This document shows, piece by piece, positions 22,495-34,775 of a stretch of DNA of 64,000 nt. The position numbers and the translations under genes were made by a program. Source of the stretch: Octopus sinensis (taxonomy: Eukaryota); contig NC_043024.1 in NCBI RefSeq assembly GCF_006345805.1, forward strand, positions 6,572,001 through 6,636,000. Direction: 5' to 3'. Under the pieces are notes generated by a model. That model was not told where the DNA came from, did no database searches, and was given only the letters and a program-made list of their open reading frames with translations. Numbering within the stretch: position 1 is the stretch's first letter; each line of letters begins with the position of its first letter.

Positions 22495-23790
22495 TGTACT
22501 CTTATATGCTGGCTTAGGGCATGCCGGAAGCAGGTATTAATTTTGGAGTTTTCTTTCTAGATTAATTGCTTTCACTGCAGCCAGGGAGCTCAGTCTACCC
22601 TTACAGAAATATATCAATCCCATTGATGGGACCCTTCCTGGTACCACCATTCAAGGTCTGAGTGGACCAGGGAGTAATGGTAACTCCATGCTCCCCACAA
22701 CTCAAGAACTCCCAAACAGGAGCTTTACTCTTATACGCTGGCTTAGGACATGGAAAAAGGTATTAATTTTGGAGTTTTCCTTCAAGATTAATTGCTTTCA
22801 CGGCAGCTAAGGAGCTCAGTCTACCCTTACAAAAATATATTCAACCTATAATAGATGGGGTGTTAACAGGTGCTACCTATCTGGGTTTGAACAAACCTGG
22901 GAGTAATGGTAACAAAGGAGTGACTCCATATTTCCCAGAACTCCAGACCTGAACCCTTATTCTTCCATGCCAGCTTAGGGCTTGTTGGAAGCAAGAATTA
23001 ATTTTGGAGTTTTCCTTCCCTAGGCTGCTTTCACCACAGCTAAGGAGCGCAATCTAACCTCACAAAAATCTATTCAATGGGATCCTGACAGGTACCACCA
23101 TTTCGGGTTTGAATGGAGCTGGGAGTAATGGTAATGAAGGGGTCACTTCATGCTCCCTACAACTCCAGAACTCATAAACAGGAGCCTCACCACCAGATAT
23201 AGTTTAATGTCATACCCAGGACAAGCCTCTTTTACCCATGGGGGATCTATTTAGCCCCTAGGTGTGACCCCGACAGGTACTACCATTCTAGGTCTGAATG
23301 GATCTGGCCCTAATAGTAATTAAGGGGTGACTTTACACTCCCTAGGACTTTAGAATTCCCAAACTGGAACCTCCCCACCAGATGTAGTTTAACTTCATAC
23401 CCAGAACAAGCCTCTTTTACCCCTTAGAAATCTATTTAATTCATAGATGGGACCCTGAAAGGCTCAGGGAGTACTGGTAATTAATCCCTTTGATATCAAC
23501 CCACCCAAGTTCGCCCTTGCTTCTGTGATACAAACTTCCCATTTTAAGGGGATCTAAGTAAAAATCTCCCAAGAAGCTTCTATATTGATTTATGTCCCAA
23601 TTATCAGCTTTGTAACGATGAAGATTTTTTTGTAAATTCTTAATTATTTTCAAAATTAATTGAAATAAAGAAGGTGTATTTCAAGAGGAACATGTTAACA
23701 AAAGGGTTAAGGGGTGAGTCCACTCCTACCCCCCAGATCTCCAAGAGCCTCCAAAACCAGATGTAGTTTAATGACATACCCTGGATAACA
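22495..23790 (+). repeat. Degenerate tandem array: three (A+B) units of about 230 bp plus extra B modules
   Basis: Module A (GCTTAGG...ATTAATTTTGGAGTTTT...GGAGCTCAGTCTACC) at about 22500, 22735 and 22965. Module B (GATGGG...CAGGT.C.ACC...GGGAGTAATGGTAA...) at about 22625, 22853, 23076 and 23265, with partial copies at 23445 and 23700. Confidence 0.75.
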
Positions 23791-24784
23791 CTCACCACTA
23801 ATAAAATACAGAATTATCACACTACATCAGAAAATTCAATCATACCTCTGCAATACATCACAACACCACTGCACCATCACCATCACCTCTGCTGTACACC
23901 ACCACACTGTTCCACTTCTACTCTCTTATCACCATACTACACAACCTTAGCACTACTACCCACTCTATGCTATCAAAACACCACTGTGCCTTACCATCCT
24001 TCTCTCTATACTAGTGTACTACACAACACTGTACCCGTATACCATACCCTGCCACTGCAAAATTATTCCATGGGAGACAAGAAGCCCATGCTAAATGTTC
24101 GTTCCTTCACCCCTACCCCTTCTGAAAGTTACACCCCTTCCTCCAATCAGTAGTTAAGAGGTTAAAGACCAGAGGTCAACTGTTTACCTTTGGTCCTTCC
24201 GCAATATGGAATGTTAGATTATACTTGGTGCTTGAGTTTAAATTCTGGCATTTCTCCAAGAAGGGATAAAATAATTATTAAAAAAAAATTTAAAAAAAGA
24301 AGTACAAAATAATAAACAGCCTGGTGTATAATTAATTGAACCTTTTTCAGCCATCAACTCCCTTTTTTTTTCACCTGACACATAACACTACAAAATCAAA
24401 ACCTATGTGCCTTGCCTCAACAGCCCTTTCATACCAAAGCAATACCTTTGCCCCTATTCAAAATCTTGTACACCCAGTCATAAGAAATATACTTAATGCC
24501 ATCCGAGTGGGCATAGATTAAGTGTGATATGATGGACTGTATACCCCTTAACTCCCTAACATACTGCTGGTGATACAATTGATTCTGCCCCTTTCAACCT
24601 TACAAAATTTAGCTTTTTGCCTATGCAAAATATGTATTATTATTCTTTTTAACTCAGGTTTTTGTTCAAACCCCTAGAGTCTTGCATGCGTAGCGAGCTT
24701 GATGCCTGCAGCCTACAGTACGATGCTATCAACTAATTAATAGTTTCCTTATTATTATTATTATTATTGTTGTTGTTGTTATTA

Positions 24785-27470
24785 AGGCGGCTAGCTGGTA
24801 GCATCGTTAGCACGCCAGGTGAAATGCTTAACAGTATTTCGTCTGCCACTACATTCTGAGTTCAAATTCTACTGAGCTCGACTTTGCCTTTCATCCTTTT
24901 GGAATCGATAAATTAAGTACCAGTGAAACACTGGGGTCAATGTAACCCCCCTCCCCCAAATTTCAAGTCTTGTGCCTATGGTAAAAAGGATTATTATTAT
25001 GATTATTATTATTTTTTATTTTATTTATGCGCCCTTTTCAAGCCTAGCCAGGCTCACGGGCCCGGTTTCTGTGGCATATGTGTTCCCCCCAGCTGGACAG
25101 GACGCCAGTCCATCACAGCATTACTTGGGGTGAAGGAGTACAACAGGGGTCACCACCAGCCCCTGCTGGAGCCTCGTGGAGCTTTTAGGTGTTTTTGCTC
25201 AATAAACACACACAACGCCCGGTCTGGGAATCGAAACCGCAATCCTCCGACTGTGAGTCCGCTGCCCTAACCACTGGGCTATTGCGCCTCCACATTATTA
25301 TTATTATTATTACTATAAGATTTTGTCCTGCGGCTTTTTATTTTCACTATATTTCTTGAAGTGTGTTTAGGGTTCACTCCTTATTGACCCTTACAGTTGA
25401 ACCAGTGACCTTATTATTGATTCATCATTAAGGGCCATAAGAGGCACATTTTTGCTCAAAATGCCTCAGAGAAAAAGAAATCAAAATGTAAAAATCAAGA
25501 GACATTTTTAATATTTATTTATTTATTTATATATTATTTATATTTATTTATTTATTATATATATTTATATATTATTTATATTTATATATAATTTTGCTTC
25601 GTCAAATTTTCCCCTTGTTTTATTGTGATTTTTTAGTATTTTTATTTTTTAGAAAAATAAACGTTTATTTGTATAAAAAATATTTACACTGACTTATTTA
25701 TTGCTGTTGTTGTTGTTATCATCATCATCATCATCATCATCATTATTGTTATTATTATTAAGGCAATGAGTTGGCAGAATCGTTAGCACGCTTAACGAAA
25801 TGCTTAACAGTATTTCGTAAGTCGCTGCGTTCTGAGTTCAAATTCTGCTGAGGTCACCATTGCCTTTCATCCTTTCGGGGGTCAATTAAATAAGTACCAG
25901 TTACACACTGGGGTCGATGTAATCAGCTTAATCCCTTCCCCCAATTTTTGAGGCCTTGTGCTTCCAGTAGAAAGAATTATCATTATTATTGTTAATGATA
26001 ATAATAAGGCAGTGAACAGGCAGAGTCGTTAGCACTCCGGGAAAAATGCTTAGCGGCATTTCATCCATCTTCTGAGTTCAAATTCTGCCAAGGTCGACTT
26101 TGCCTTTCATTCCTTCGGGGTCAATAAAATGAGTACCAGTCAGGCACTGGGGTTGATGCAATCGAATAGCCCCCTTCCCCAAAATTCCAGGCCTTGTGCC
26201 TATAACAGAAAGGATTATTATTATCATTAAAGCAGCAAGCGAGTCATTAGCATGCTGAACAAAATAGTTAAAGGCATTTTATCCGCCTTTATGTTCTGAG
26301 ATCAAATTCCGCCAATGTCAATTTTGCTTTTCATCTTTTTGGGGTCGACTAGCGGGAACTGGGGTCAACACAGTTGACTAACCTCTGTCCCAAAGTTTCA
26401 AGACCTTGTGCCTATAGTAAAAATTATTATTTTTATTATTGTTATCATTATTATTATTATTATTGTGGCTGTGTGGTAAGTAGCTTGCTTCCCAACCACA
26501 TGGTTCTGGGTTCAGGCCGACCAAAGCCTTGTGAGTGGATTTGGTAGATGGAAACTGAAAGAAGCCCGTCGTATATATGTATATATATATATGTATGTGT
26601 GTGTATGTTTGTGTTTGTTCCCCCAACATCACTTGACAACTTATACTGGTGTGTTTACGCCCCCGTAACTTAGCGGTTCGGCAAAAGAGACTGATAGAAT
26701 AAGTATTAGGCTTACAAAGAATAAGTCCTGGGATCGATTTGCTCGACTAAAGTACCATGCGGTACTCCAGCATGGCACCAGTCAAATGACTGAAACAAGT
26801 AAAGGTGGATAGGTGGCAGAGTGGTTAGCATTCCGCAGGGCGGAATGCTTAACAGCATTTTGTCTGTCCTTAGGTTCTGAGTTCAAATTCTGCCATGGTT
26901 GACTTTGCCTTTCATCGTTTCGGGGTCGATAATTTAAGTACCAGCAACGCACTGGGGTCGATGTAATCGACTAGTTCCCACCCATAAAATTTCAGGGCAT
27001 TTTTGCCTATAGTAGAAATTTGGGTTTCCACTCACAATCGCGAGTTCATGGTTTCAATTCCTAGACTGGGTGGTGCATTGTATTCTTGAGCAAGACACTT
27101 CATCTCACGTTGCTCTGCGATCCGTTCGACACCTGACGCGAGGCACAGCAACGTTCAAGCAACGTTAAGTACTTCTCTTTATACCGCCGACATATATGCA
27201 AGGGAGACAATTATATCTTGAATACAAGAGTTATCTCCCATATTTTTATTTTTATATCCTGTAAGCTTGAAATAAATGACAATATATATAAATCCATGGT
27301 TAGCACCCTGGGCAAGAAAGATGCTAAGAGCCATTTCGTCTGTCTTTACGTACTGAGTTCAAATTCCGTCGAAGTCGACTTTGTCTTGCATCCTTTCGTA
27401 ATCAATAAAATGAGTACCAGTTGAGGACTAGGGACCCAAGCTTGGTGCCCTTGTGCCAAAATTTGAAACC
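24785..27470 (+). mobile_element. Cluster of six co-oriented SINE B copies separated by (ATT)n tails, with SINE A, C and E interspersed
   Basis: B copies at about 24785, 25760, 26005, 26225, 26812 and 27290. The first four directly follow ATT-rich tracts. Confidence 0.85.
25045..25292 (-). mobile_element. SINE family E
   Basis: Minus strand GGAGGCGCAATAGCCCAGTGGTTAGG...GGTTTCGATTCCC...GTGATGGACTGGCGTCCTGTCCAG. Confidence 0.8.
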
Positions 27471-27569
27471 AATATTTATATAAACGTATTGTCCTTTGTT
27501 TTGTCAAGCTTTCAGAAAAACAAGACCAAATAAATAAATTGAAATAATATAGACGGGAGGTAACTCTTG
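27225..27569. mobile_element. Small TIR element (MITE) containing a SINE B insertion
   Basis: TA|CAAGAGTTATCTCCC ... GGGAGGTAACTCTTG|TA, a 14 of 15 inverted match with TA on both sides. Confidence 0.55.
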
Positions 27570-27882
27570 TATACAATGTTTATCTCAACTTGAGATAAAT
27601 AAATGCTTAATTATTTCAATGCTTAATCGAGATAATTAAGCATTGTCGCTTGTATACAATGCTTAATTATCTGTGAGGCCTCAGGGCTGTGCAGTGTCAT
27701 CATTCTCGACCTGCAGCAACTGTCTGTACATCAATGTTTCCTTGAGGCTAAACCTCCAGATCTGTGGACCTCACAAATGCTACTGGGAATCCACTGTGGA
27801 TTCAACTGATTGTTATGCCATTAGAGTACTGGCTACCTCCCATGCCATGTTGCTCTCAGCTTAGGCGCTGCAGCGTGAAGGT

Positions 27883-28000
27883 GCCTGGCTCAGTGGTTAG
27901 AGCGTCGGGCTCACAATCATGAGAGAGTGGGTTCAATTCCCGGACCGGGCTGTGTGTTGTGTTCTTGTTCTTAGTCAAGACGCTTTATTTCATGTTACTT
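27883..28000 (+). mobile_element. SINE family C head
   Basis: TGGCTCAGTGGTTAGAGCG (A box) and GGGTTCAATTCCC (B box). Confidence 0.8.
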
Positions 28001-28164
28001 GTGAAAGGATCCTGACTACCCCCACGTGACCAAAAGCGGACTAACACTGCTTGGAATCGAACTCGAAATCTTGCTGTTAGTAGTCCACACTCTTAACCAC
28101 TACGTGTGGGCAATTATGGAGTGAATTTTAGGGCTTATAAATCTAATATTTTCCTATCCTTCCT

Positions 28165-28490
28165 TTATACAGGTCCCCATATTCTACTCATATCTGCACT
28201 CAGTCTGCTTAGGATGTTGTTGTGTCCTAGCATATGTGCTGCTTCTTTTAGTTTTCGTATTTTCCAGTGGTGTTCTCTGTCTATTATTTTAACTTCATCC
28301 CATAATAATAATAATAATAATAACAACAACAACAACAACAACAAAAATGCCTTTGGAATGAGAACCCAGGTTCGAAATTTCCCCAAGACACCTGATGAAG
28401 GCTGGAGGGTATATCAGCTGAAATGTTGTGTTAACAACAAACAAGATGAGGACAAATATCCGTCAAATGTAAATAATGTAAATAATATAA
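28165..28490. mobile_element. Penelope-like element fragments: GIY-YIG C-terminus (-) and terminal repeat with hammerhead motif (+)
   Basis: The minus frame reads WDEVKIIDREHHWKIRKLKEAAHMLGHNNILSR. The plus strand reads GACAC CTGATGA A GGCTG...CAGCT GAAAT GTT GTGTT at 28387-28432. Confidence 0.7.
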
Positions 28491-28619
28491 TGTCCATGAA
28501 TTTGTTGTTATACAATAAACTATAGGGACAATAATAAGAGCCACAACACAACATTAATTAATGTGAAACTGAAATGGAACAGATTAAGTCTACAACCAAA
28601 GGTAGTAAAAATTGTAACT

Positions 28620-29760
28620 AGGTAAATAAAATATTTGGTAGATAGGTAGATTGTTGATAGATTATAGGCAAGGTAGAGAGATAGCTGGATTGGTTGTAGA
28701 GACAGCAGGATTATTTGTCAGGTATTTAGACAGATTGGTAGAAAGTTTGGTAGGCTGTGAGGTAGCAAAATGCAGAGGTGGCTGGCTGGTCAGGGAGGAA
28801 GGATGAAGAGGCTTTACTGCATAAATGTTTATTGTTTGTAAGGGGCTCAGTGCCTCAATTTGTAATGGACTATCAAGTCCAGTAGAACTGAGCTAAGAAG
28901 TTTTAATACCTCGTTTTGTTTTTCGTTTTTTGTTTTGAAAAAAAAAAGAACAGTGTTTTAGAGAAGCAGGAGATCGGCAGGCGTCTTTTGCCGTCTCCCA
29001 TTCACACCATCTTTTCATCACTCATTTCATGAATGTAGTTCATCCAGCCTGCAAGCTACTCCCTCTGTATATGGCCTTCATGGCCAATGAAATGAAATAA
29101 AGTGTTTAGTCAGCTAGTTAAGTAGATTGTAAAGTATCGAAGCAGCTGCGTAGTCGTAGGATATCTTGATAAGCAGATAGTCGGGTAGACTGTAGGGTAT
29201 TTAAACAGACTGGAAGATTGTAGAATAGTTACATAGGTAGATTATAGTGTATCTAGGCAGATAGGTAGATAGCCTGGCTGATTGTAGTATAAATAGTTAG
29301 ATAAATTGTTAGGTAGATTGTAGAGTAGCCATATATGTAGACTGCAGGGTATCTAGGCAGACATGTTGATAGCCAGGTAGTTGTAGGATAACTTGATAGA
29401 CAGATAACTGAGTAGGTTGTAGTGTTTTTAGACAGATAGGTAGATAGCTGGGTTGGTTCTTGGGTAACTAGATAGGTAGATTGTAGGGTATCTAAGCAGA
29501 GAGGTAGATAGCTGGTAAGGTTGTAGGGTAAGTAGATAGACAGATAGGTAGATTGCAGAGTGACTAGATAGGGAGATTGTAAGGTACCTAGGCAGTTAGG
29601 TAGATAGCTGGGTTGGTTGTTGGGTAGCTAGATAGGCAGGTAGGTTGATAGATTGCAGGATGATTAGATAAACAGACAAGTTGCTAGCTAGGTAAGCTGT
29701 CAGGTAGCTTTATAGACAGATAGGTAAATAGCTAGATAGATAAGCAGATAATTTTGCAAG
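28620..29760. repeat. Degenerate GATA-derived minisatellite (AGATAGGTAGATTGTAGGGTATCTAGGC-like units)
   Basis: Recurring AGATAGGTAGAT and TTGTAGGGTA motifs with strong purine bias. A probable LINE 3' UTR ending AATGAAATGAAATAAA interrupts it at about 28800-29100. Confidence 0.75.
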
Positions 29761-30283
29761 TGTGAATTTGTATTCGTCTGTAAACAACTACCCAACATCC
29801 TATCGAGCTATCTACTTATCTTTTGACTACCAACACCACCACTACCACTACCTCCACTGTCATCACCACCACAACTACTACCCCCACTACCACCACCACC
29901 ACCACCACTACCACCAACACCACTACCATCACCATCATCAACACTACCACAAAAACACCCACCCCTACTATCTCCTTCACAATCACCACCACTTATGCTT
30001 AAACCCTGCTAGTTAGAGCAATTAGCCAAGAAACACTTGACCATCAGGAAGTGTTCTCTGTCTTAATAAGGTCATCAGAGAATATGCTGGACATGCGGCC
30101 ATTCTGGGGTGAGTGTCACTCTAAATGAGGTTGTATTCTTGGTTGAGGGTCACAATAGTATTGTATTCACAAACTGTAGTACTTTGAGAATGTCATCACT
30201 GTTGCTTGGCTGCTGTCCTCACACTCTGTTGTACTGTGGTTATATAATGGCAGCAATTCACACACACATGGACTCTCTCTCTC

Positions 30284-30320
<37 letters not shown>

Positions 30321-30583
30321 TACACATCGCTGGTCACAATGCGTTCGCATTGTTTTAGCCTTCGAATGACGCCACCCCGCTGGCTAAGCAAGCAGGCCAA
30401 CAGAAGAAAGAGTGGAGGAATGAGTGGTGAAAGAGTACAGCAGGGATCACCAGCCCCTGCTGGAGCATCGTGTTTTCGCTCAATAAACACTCACAACACC
30501 CGGTCTGGGAATCGAAACCACGATCCTGCGACCGCGAGTCCGTTGCCTTAACCACTGGGCCATTGCGCCTCCACGTGTGTGTA

Positions 30584-30654
<71 letters not shown>

Positions 30655-30929
30655 GTATGTATATTTGTGTGTGTTACTATTTACATCGTGTTTAGAGGTT
30701 TTTTAGAACCTTTTCTCATTACGAGATCAGCGGCTGTCTGCCACTTCTCTGTTTAAAAATTGCAAGTAGGAACAACTGACTGCCATCTCTAGCAGGCAGG
30801 TATCCAGTACCAGCGATGAGTATAGACCCAGAAACCTTGGTCTGCTGGTCTTGCCAAGATAGAGGGGAGGTAGTACAGTTGATAAACACAGTTAGGCTTG
30901 AGACATATATTTACATGGAGTACAGAATT

Positions 30930-31310
30930 GTCAACATCAATGGAAATTGCAGCTGTGGTACTAGTGCTGGTGGTACGTAAGAGAACCATCCGAACATGGC
31001 CATTGCCAGTGCCGCCCCGACTGGCTGGTGGCATGTAAAAAGCACCATCCGATCATGGCCGTTGCCAGCCACACCTGGCCCCTGTGCCGGTGGCACGTAA
31101 AAAGCACCATCCAATTGTGGCCGTTTGCCAGCCTTGTCTGGCACGTAAAAAGCACCCACTACACTCATGGAGTGGTTGGCATTAGGAAGGGCATCCAGCC
31201 GTAGAAACATTGCCAGATCAGACTGGGCCTGGTGCAGCCTTCTGGCTTCCCAACCCATGCTAGCATGGAAAGTGGATGCTAAACGATGATGATGATGATG
31301 ATGATGATGA
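30930..31310 (+). mobile_element. Family D repeat (RTE-type 3' region with a (GAT)n tail)
   Basis: Internal GGTGGCACGTAAAAAGCACC units, TTGGCATTAGGAAGGGCATCCAG, and an end CATGCTAGCATGGAAA...AAACGATGATGAT. Confidence 0.85.
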
Positions 31311-31899
31311 CAGAATATAGATTACAGAATAAAAGAGAGAACAAAAGAACAGAAAAGTTATGTAAAGACTTGTCTCAACAGCTGTTTCGGGACAACCATA
31401 ACTTATATAGCAATCATATTCATATACTATATAAGCATGATATATAGGTGTATGTCTTTTGACAAGTCTCAATGAAGTTGTTAACATAAGTTAAGAGACC
31501 CTTTTCAGGAGCAGGGTGAAGAATGTTTATTTTCTAGAAATGTTTACAAATATGTTTAAAGAGAAGTGAAGTGAGGAAAGGGTGGGAGAAAGTGAAAGGA
31601 ACAGTCAATTAAATGAGGTGGTGAAGGAGAGTTACAAGAAGATTCTACTTGACATACAGAAGATAAAGTTAAAGGATGGACAGAGAAATGTTGTTGTCAG
31701 TTCAAAGTAGAGGGAGGTGGCAAATTAGTAGCCAAGATAAAACAATTAAGAACAACAAATTGACACATACGTACATACGTATCAATCTTTGTACGCTCAT
31801 ACAGTTATATATAACTACATATATGTATTTCAGTATCATGCATCTCAACATGTATGTATGGATTTCTACATGTAAATTAGAGAAAGGGGTGATTATAGC

Positions 31900-32660
31900 G
31901 GGGTACTTCCGAGTGGAATATGGGTGGTACCCCTTTCAGATTTACGGTTGAGAGTGGGTTTGTATTCTTGTATACAGAAGCTTCAGTGACTTGTCTTAGC
32001 ATTGCATCAGTGGGATGTGTGGATAAGATGTTTAACTTGTCTCCCTGAAGTGCCCTTGTGACAGTCTACAGCAGTCGTTCCCAAACTTTTTAGAGTCGCG
32101 ACCCACAATTTATCACACCAGTTTATGACGACCCACTTATAAGTCTTGAACTATCTCGATAGACAGAAGTTAATCAAAGCTAATGCGTAATTTTATAACT
32201 TTTTGCGACCCACTAAGATTCTGTTCGTGACCCACAGATGGGTCGCGACTCATAGTTTGGGAACCACTGGTCTACAGCATGCTGCTAGAAGATGGAGTAT
32301 GGTTTCTTTTCAATGTAGTTGTCCGAGTGTTCTTGATGTTCCTAGAACTCTCACCAACATATGACTCTGGGACAATCGTGCAAGCTCCTTCTTGGCACCT
32401 AATCTGGTATACAGTGCTCTTCATTTTGCAGTTCACATGTGGGTTTCTAGAACATATTGCACAATTATTCCGACACGTGATTCTATCAAATGGATATGAT
32501 TTACTTAATACGGGTTTGATAGTCCAACCTGTCTTTTCTACAAATTTGATCTTAAAGCCAGTTCTGTGCAGGAGTTTCTTAAATGCCTTACTTAATTCGT
32601 TCTTAGGTGTAGCATCAACAAACATTACACTGTGAAACTTCTTGTTATCATCCCAAGTAT
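31900..32660 (-). mobile_element. Penelope-like element GIY-YIG endonuclease region (degenerate)
   Basis: FVDATPKNEL...CAICSRNPHVNC...VYQIRC...YVGESSR, continuing past the MITE as ILSTHPTDAMLRQVTEA...PTLNRKSE. Confidence 0.8.
32072..32269. mobile_element. hAT (Charlie-like) MITE with a perfect 8-bp TSD
   Basis: GTCTACAG|CAGTCGTTCCCAAACT ... AGTTTGGGAACCACTG|GTCTACAG. Confidence 0.92.
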
Positions 32661-32808
32661 TAATTTTATTTCATTTGTTGGTGTCCCTCTCCAACCTATT
32701 CAAGAACTTGTTGCAGTATAGGGGGCATATACCATTTTCGTAATCTCTTAGAATGCGTTCAAATCTTGATAAGATCATCATGGTTGTGATGCATGTTCCT
32801 GGTGTCCT

Positions 32809-32878
32809 CATTATTTACATTTGATGGATATTTGTCTTCATCTTGATGAGGACAAATATCCATCAAATGTAAATAATG
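32809..32878. repeat. Palindrome with 34-bp arms made from a PLE terminal sequence
   Basis: CATTATTTACATTTGATGGATATTTGTCTTCATC TT GATGAGGACAAATATCCATCAAATGTAAATAATG, with one mismatch. The same sequence ends the repeat at about 28445-28480. Confidence 0.9.
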
Positions 32879-33273
32879 TACACAATTCCTCATCCCTCAA
32901 ATATACAACTGTAATATATAGTTTGTTACTTTGTTAACAATGGGCATAGCTCAACAGTTGGGACATGTTATCTGTTTGAATAATTGTATAGAGAGATAAC
33001 ATGTCCTAGCAGGTGGTATTTGCTCATCTTTACTAATGCTGTAACGTACAAAAAGTCTCTTATCACACTGCACTTTGGGATTTGACCCGGAACTACATTT
33101 CGGCATGCATGGTCATTTATCCATGCATTTACATTGGAAGAAATTCCACTGTTATCTGTGATAATGGTTGGCAACCAGGGGCGGAGGTTGTGTGTGTAGG
33201 GTAGGTGAGTGGGTGTATGTATGTATGTGTGTGAATGTCTATATTTGTATGTGCGTGTATATATTTGTGTAGT

Positions 33274-33588
33274 GAAGGCGCATGGCTCACTGGTTAGAGC
33301 ATTGAGCTTACGATCGTGAGGTTGTGAGCTTGAATCCCGGACTGAGCTGCGTGGTGTGTTCTTGAGCAAGACACTTTATTTCACGTTACTCCAGTTCACT
33401 CAGGTGTAGAAATGAGTTGCAACGTGACAGGTGCCAAGCTGTATCAGCCCCTTTGCCTTTCCCTTGGATAACACTGGTGGCATGGAGTGGGGAGGCCAGC
33501 ATGCCTGCTAGTCTTTCCATAAACAACCTTGCCCAGACTTGTGCCTGGGAGGGTAACTTTCTAGGGGCAATCCCACGGTCAGTCATGA
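33274..33588 (+). mobile_element. Full-length SINE family C
   Basis: tRNA-like head, CCAGTTCACTCAG centre, and tail ...GGGTAACTTTCTAGG. Confidence 0.85.
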
Positions 33589-34104
33589 GATATTTGTGTA
33601 TATATGTATATATGTATATATGTGTATCTATGTATATATGTGTATATATGTATATATGTGTGTGTATGTCTGTATGTATATGTGTGTGTATGTATGTGTA
33701 TATATTTGTATATGTGTGTGTACACGTGTATCTGTGTATTTTTGTGTGTATGTATGTGTGTATGTGTGTTTATGGATGTATATGTGTCTGTATATAAATG
33801 TGTAAATATGTATGTATGAGAATATGCTGTGCTTAAGAAAACCAGGCAAGCCAAGTGAGATCATACCCATTGCCAATACCAGTGCCACCTGGTACATAAA
33901 AAGCACCCACTACACTCTTGGAGTGGTTGGTGTTAGGAAGGGCATCCAGCTGTAGAAACCTTGCCGGGTCAGACTGGAGCCTGGTGCAGCCTCCTGGCTT
34001 ACCAGTTCTCAGTCAAACCTTCCAACCCATGCCAGTATGGAAAGCAGATGTTAAATGATGATGATGATGATTATGGATGTGTATGTATGTATGTGGACAT
34101 GTGT

Positions 34105-34452
34105 ATCAGCCAATTTGCTGAGAGGTGGATGAAAGTGGCAAGAATGGTGCGGGTGAAAGGGCTTGCCCTGAGCATACACCTGCAGTTGGAAAAAAGGAAA
34201 GGAAAAAAAGCACCTGCTCCAAAAGTCAGGGCTCCCAAAGTTTTTTATGGGGGTTTCCATGAGCAACTCTTGAACATCTCCTTCCTATTGAGGATCACAC
34301 ATTGTTGAATTTTTAAAAATTTTCTTAGTCTTGTGTACACGCAAAACCCTTACAACAACAACACACACACAAACACATACAAACACACATTTATTTGTTT
34401 TGTCCTGTACTGTCCATAATGTTTTTCTTAATGCAAACCTTTGTCAATAAAG

Positions 34453-34455
<3 letters not shown>
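34105..34455 (+). mobile_element. 3' end of a second Tx1/L1-type family, joined to (TCA)n
   Basis: QFAERWMKVARMVRVKGLALSIHL resembles the C-terminus FKKRWVNVARMARMNDEATLSIVL of the 55-60 kb elements. It ends CAATAAAGAAA|TCATCATC. Confidence 0.6.
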
Positions 34456-34498
<43 letters not shown>

Positions 34499-34720
34499 TA
34501 TTATTATTAAGGCAGTGAGCTGGCAGAATCGTTAGTGCGCTGAACAAAATGCTTAGTGGTATTTCGCCCATCACTACGACCTGAGTTCAAATTCCGCCAT
34601 AGCCTTTCATCCTTTTGGGGTCAATAAAGTGAGTACCAGTTGAGTACTGGGGTCAATGTAATCAACTCACCCCCTCCCCCGAAATTTCAGGCCTTGTGCT
34701 TCCAGTAGAAAGGATTATTA

Positions 34721-34773
<53 letters not shown>

Positions 34774-34775
<2 letters not shown>

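Noticed and set aside
27883-27960. tRNA-like sequences (A and B boxes) here and at many SINE heads
   Set aside because: They lack a full cloverleaf and continue into shared SINE bodies, so they are SINE heads rather than tRNA genes.
30060-30085. CTGATGA on the minus strand (also at 13261 on the plus strand) as further hammerheads
   Set aside because: No GAAA follows a closable stem II.
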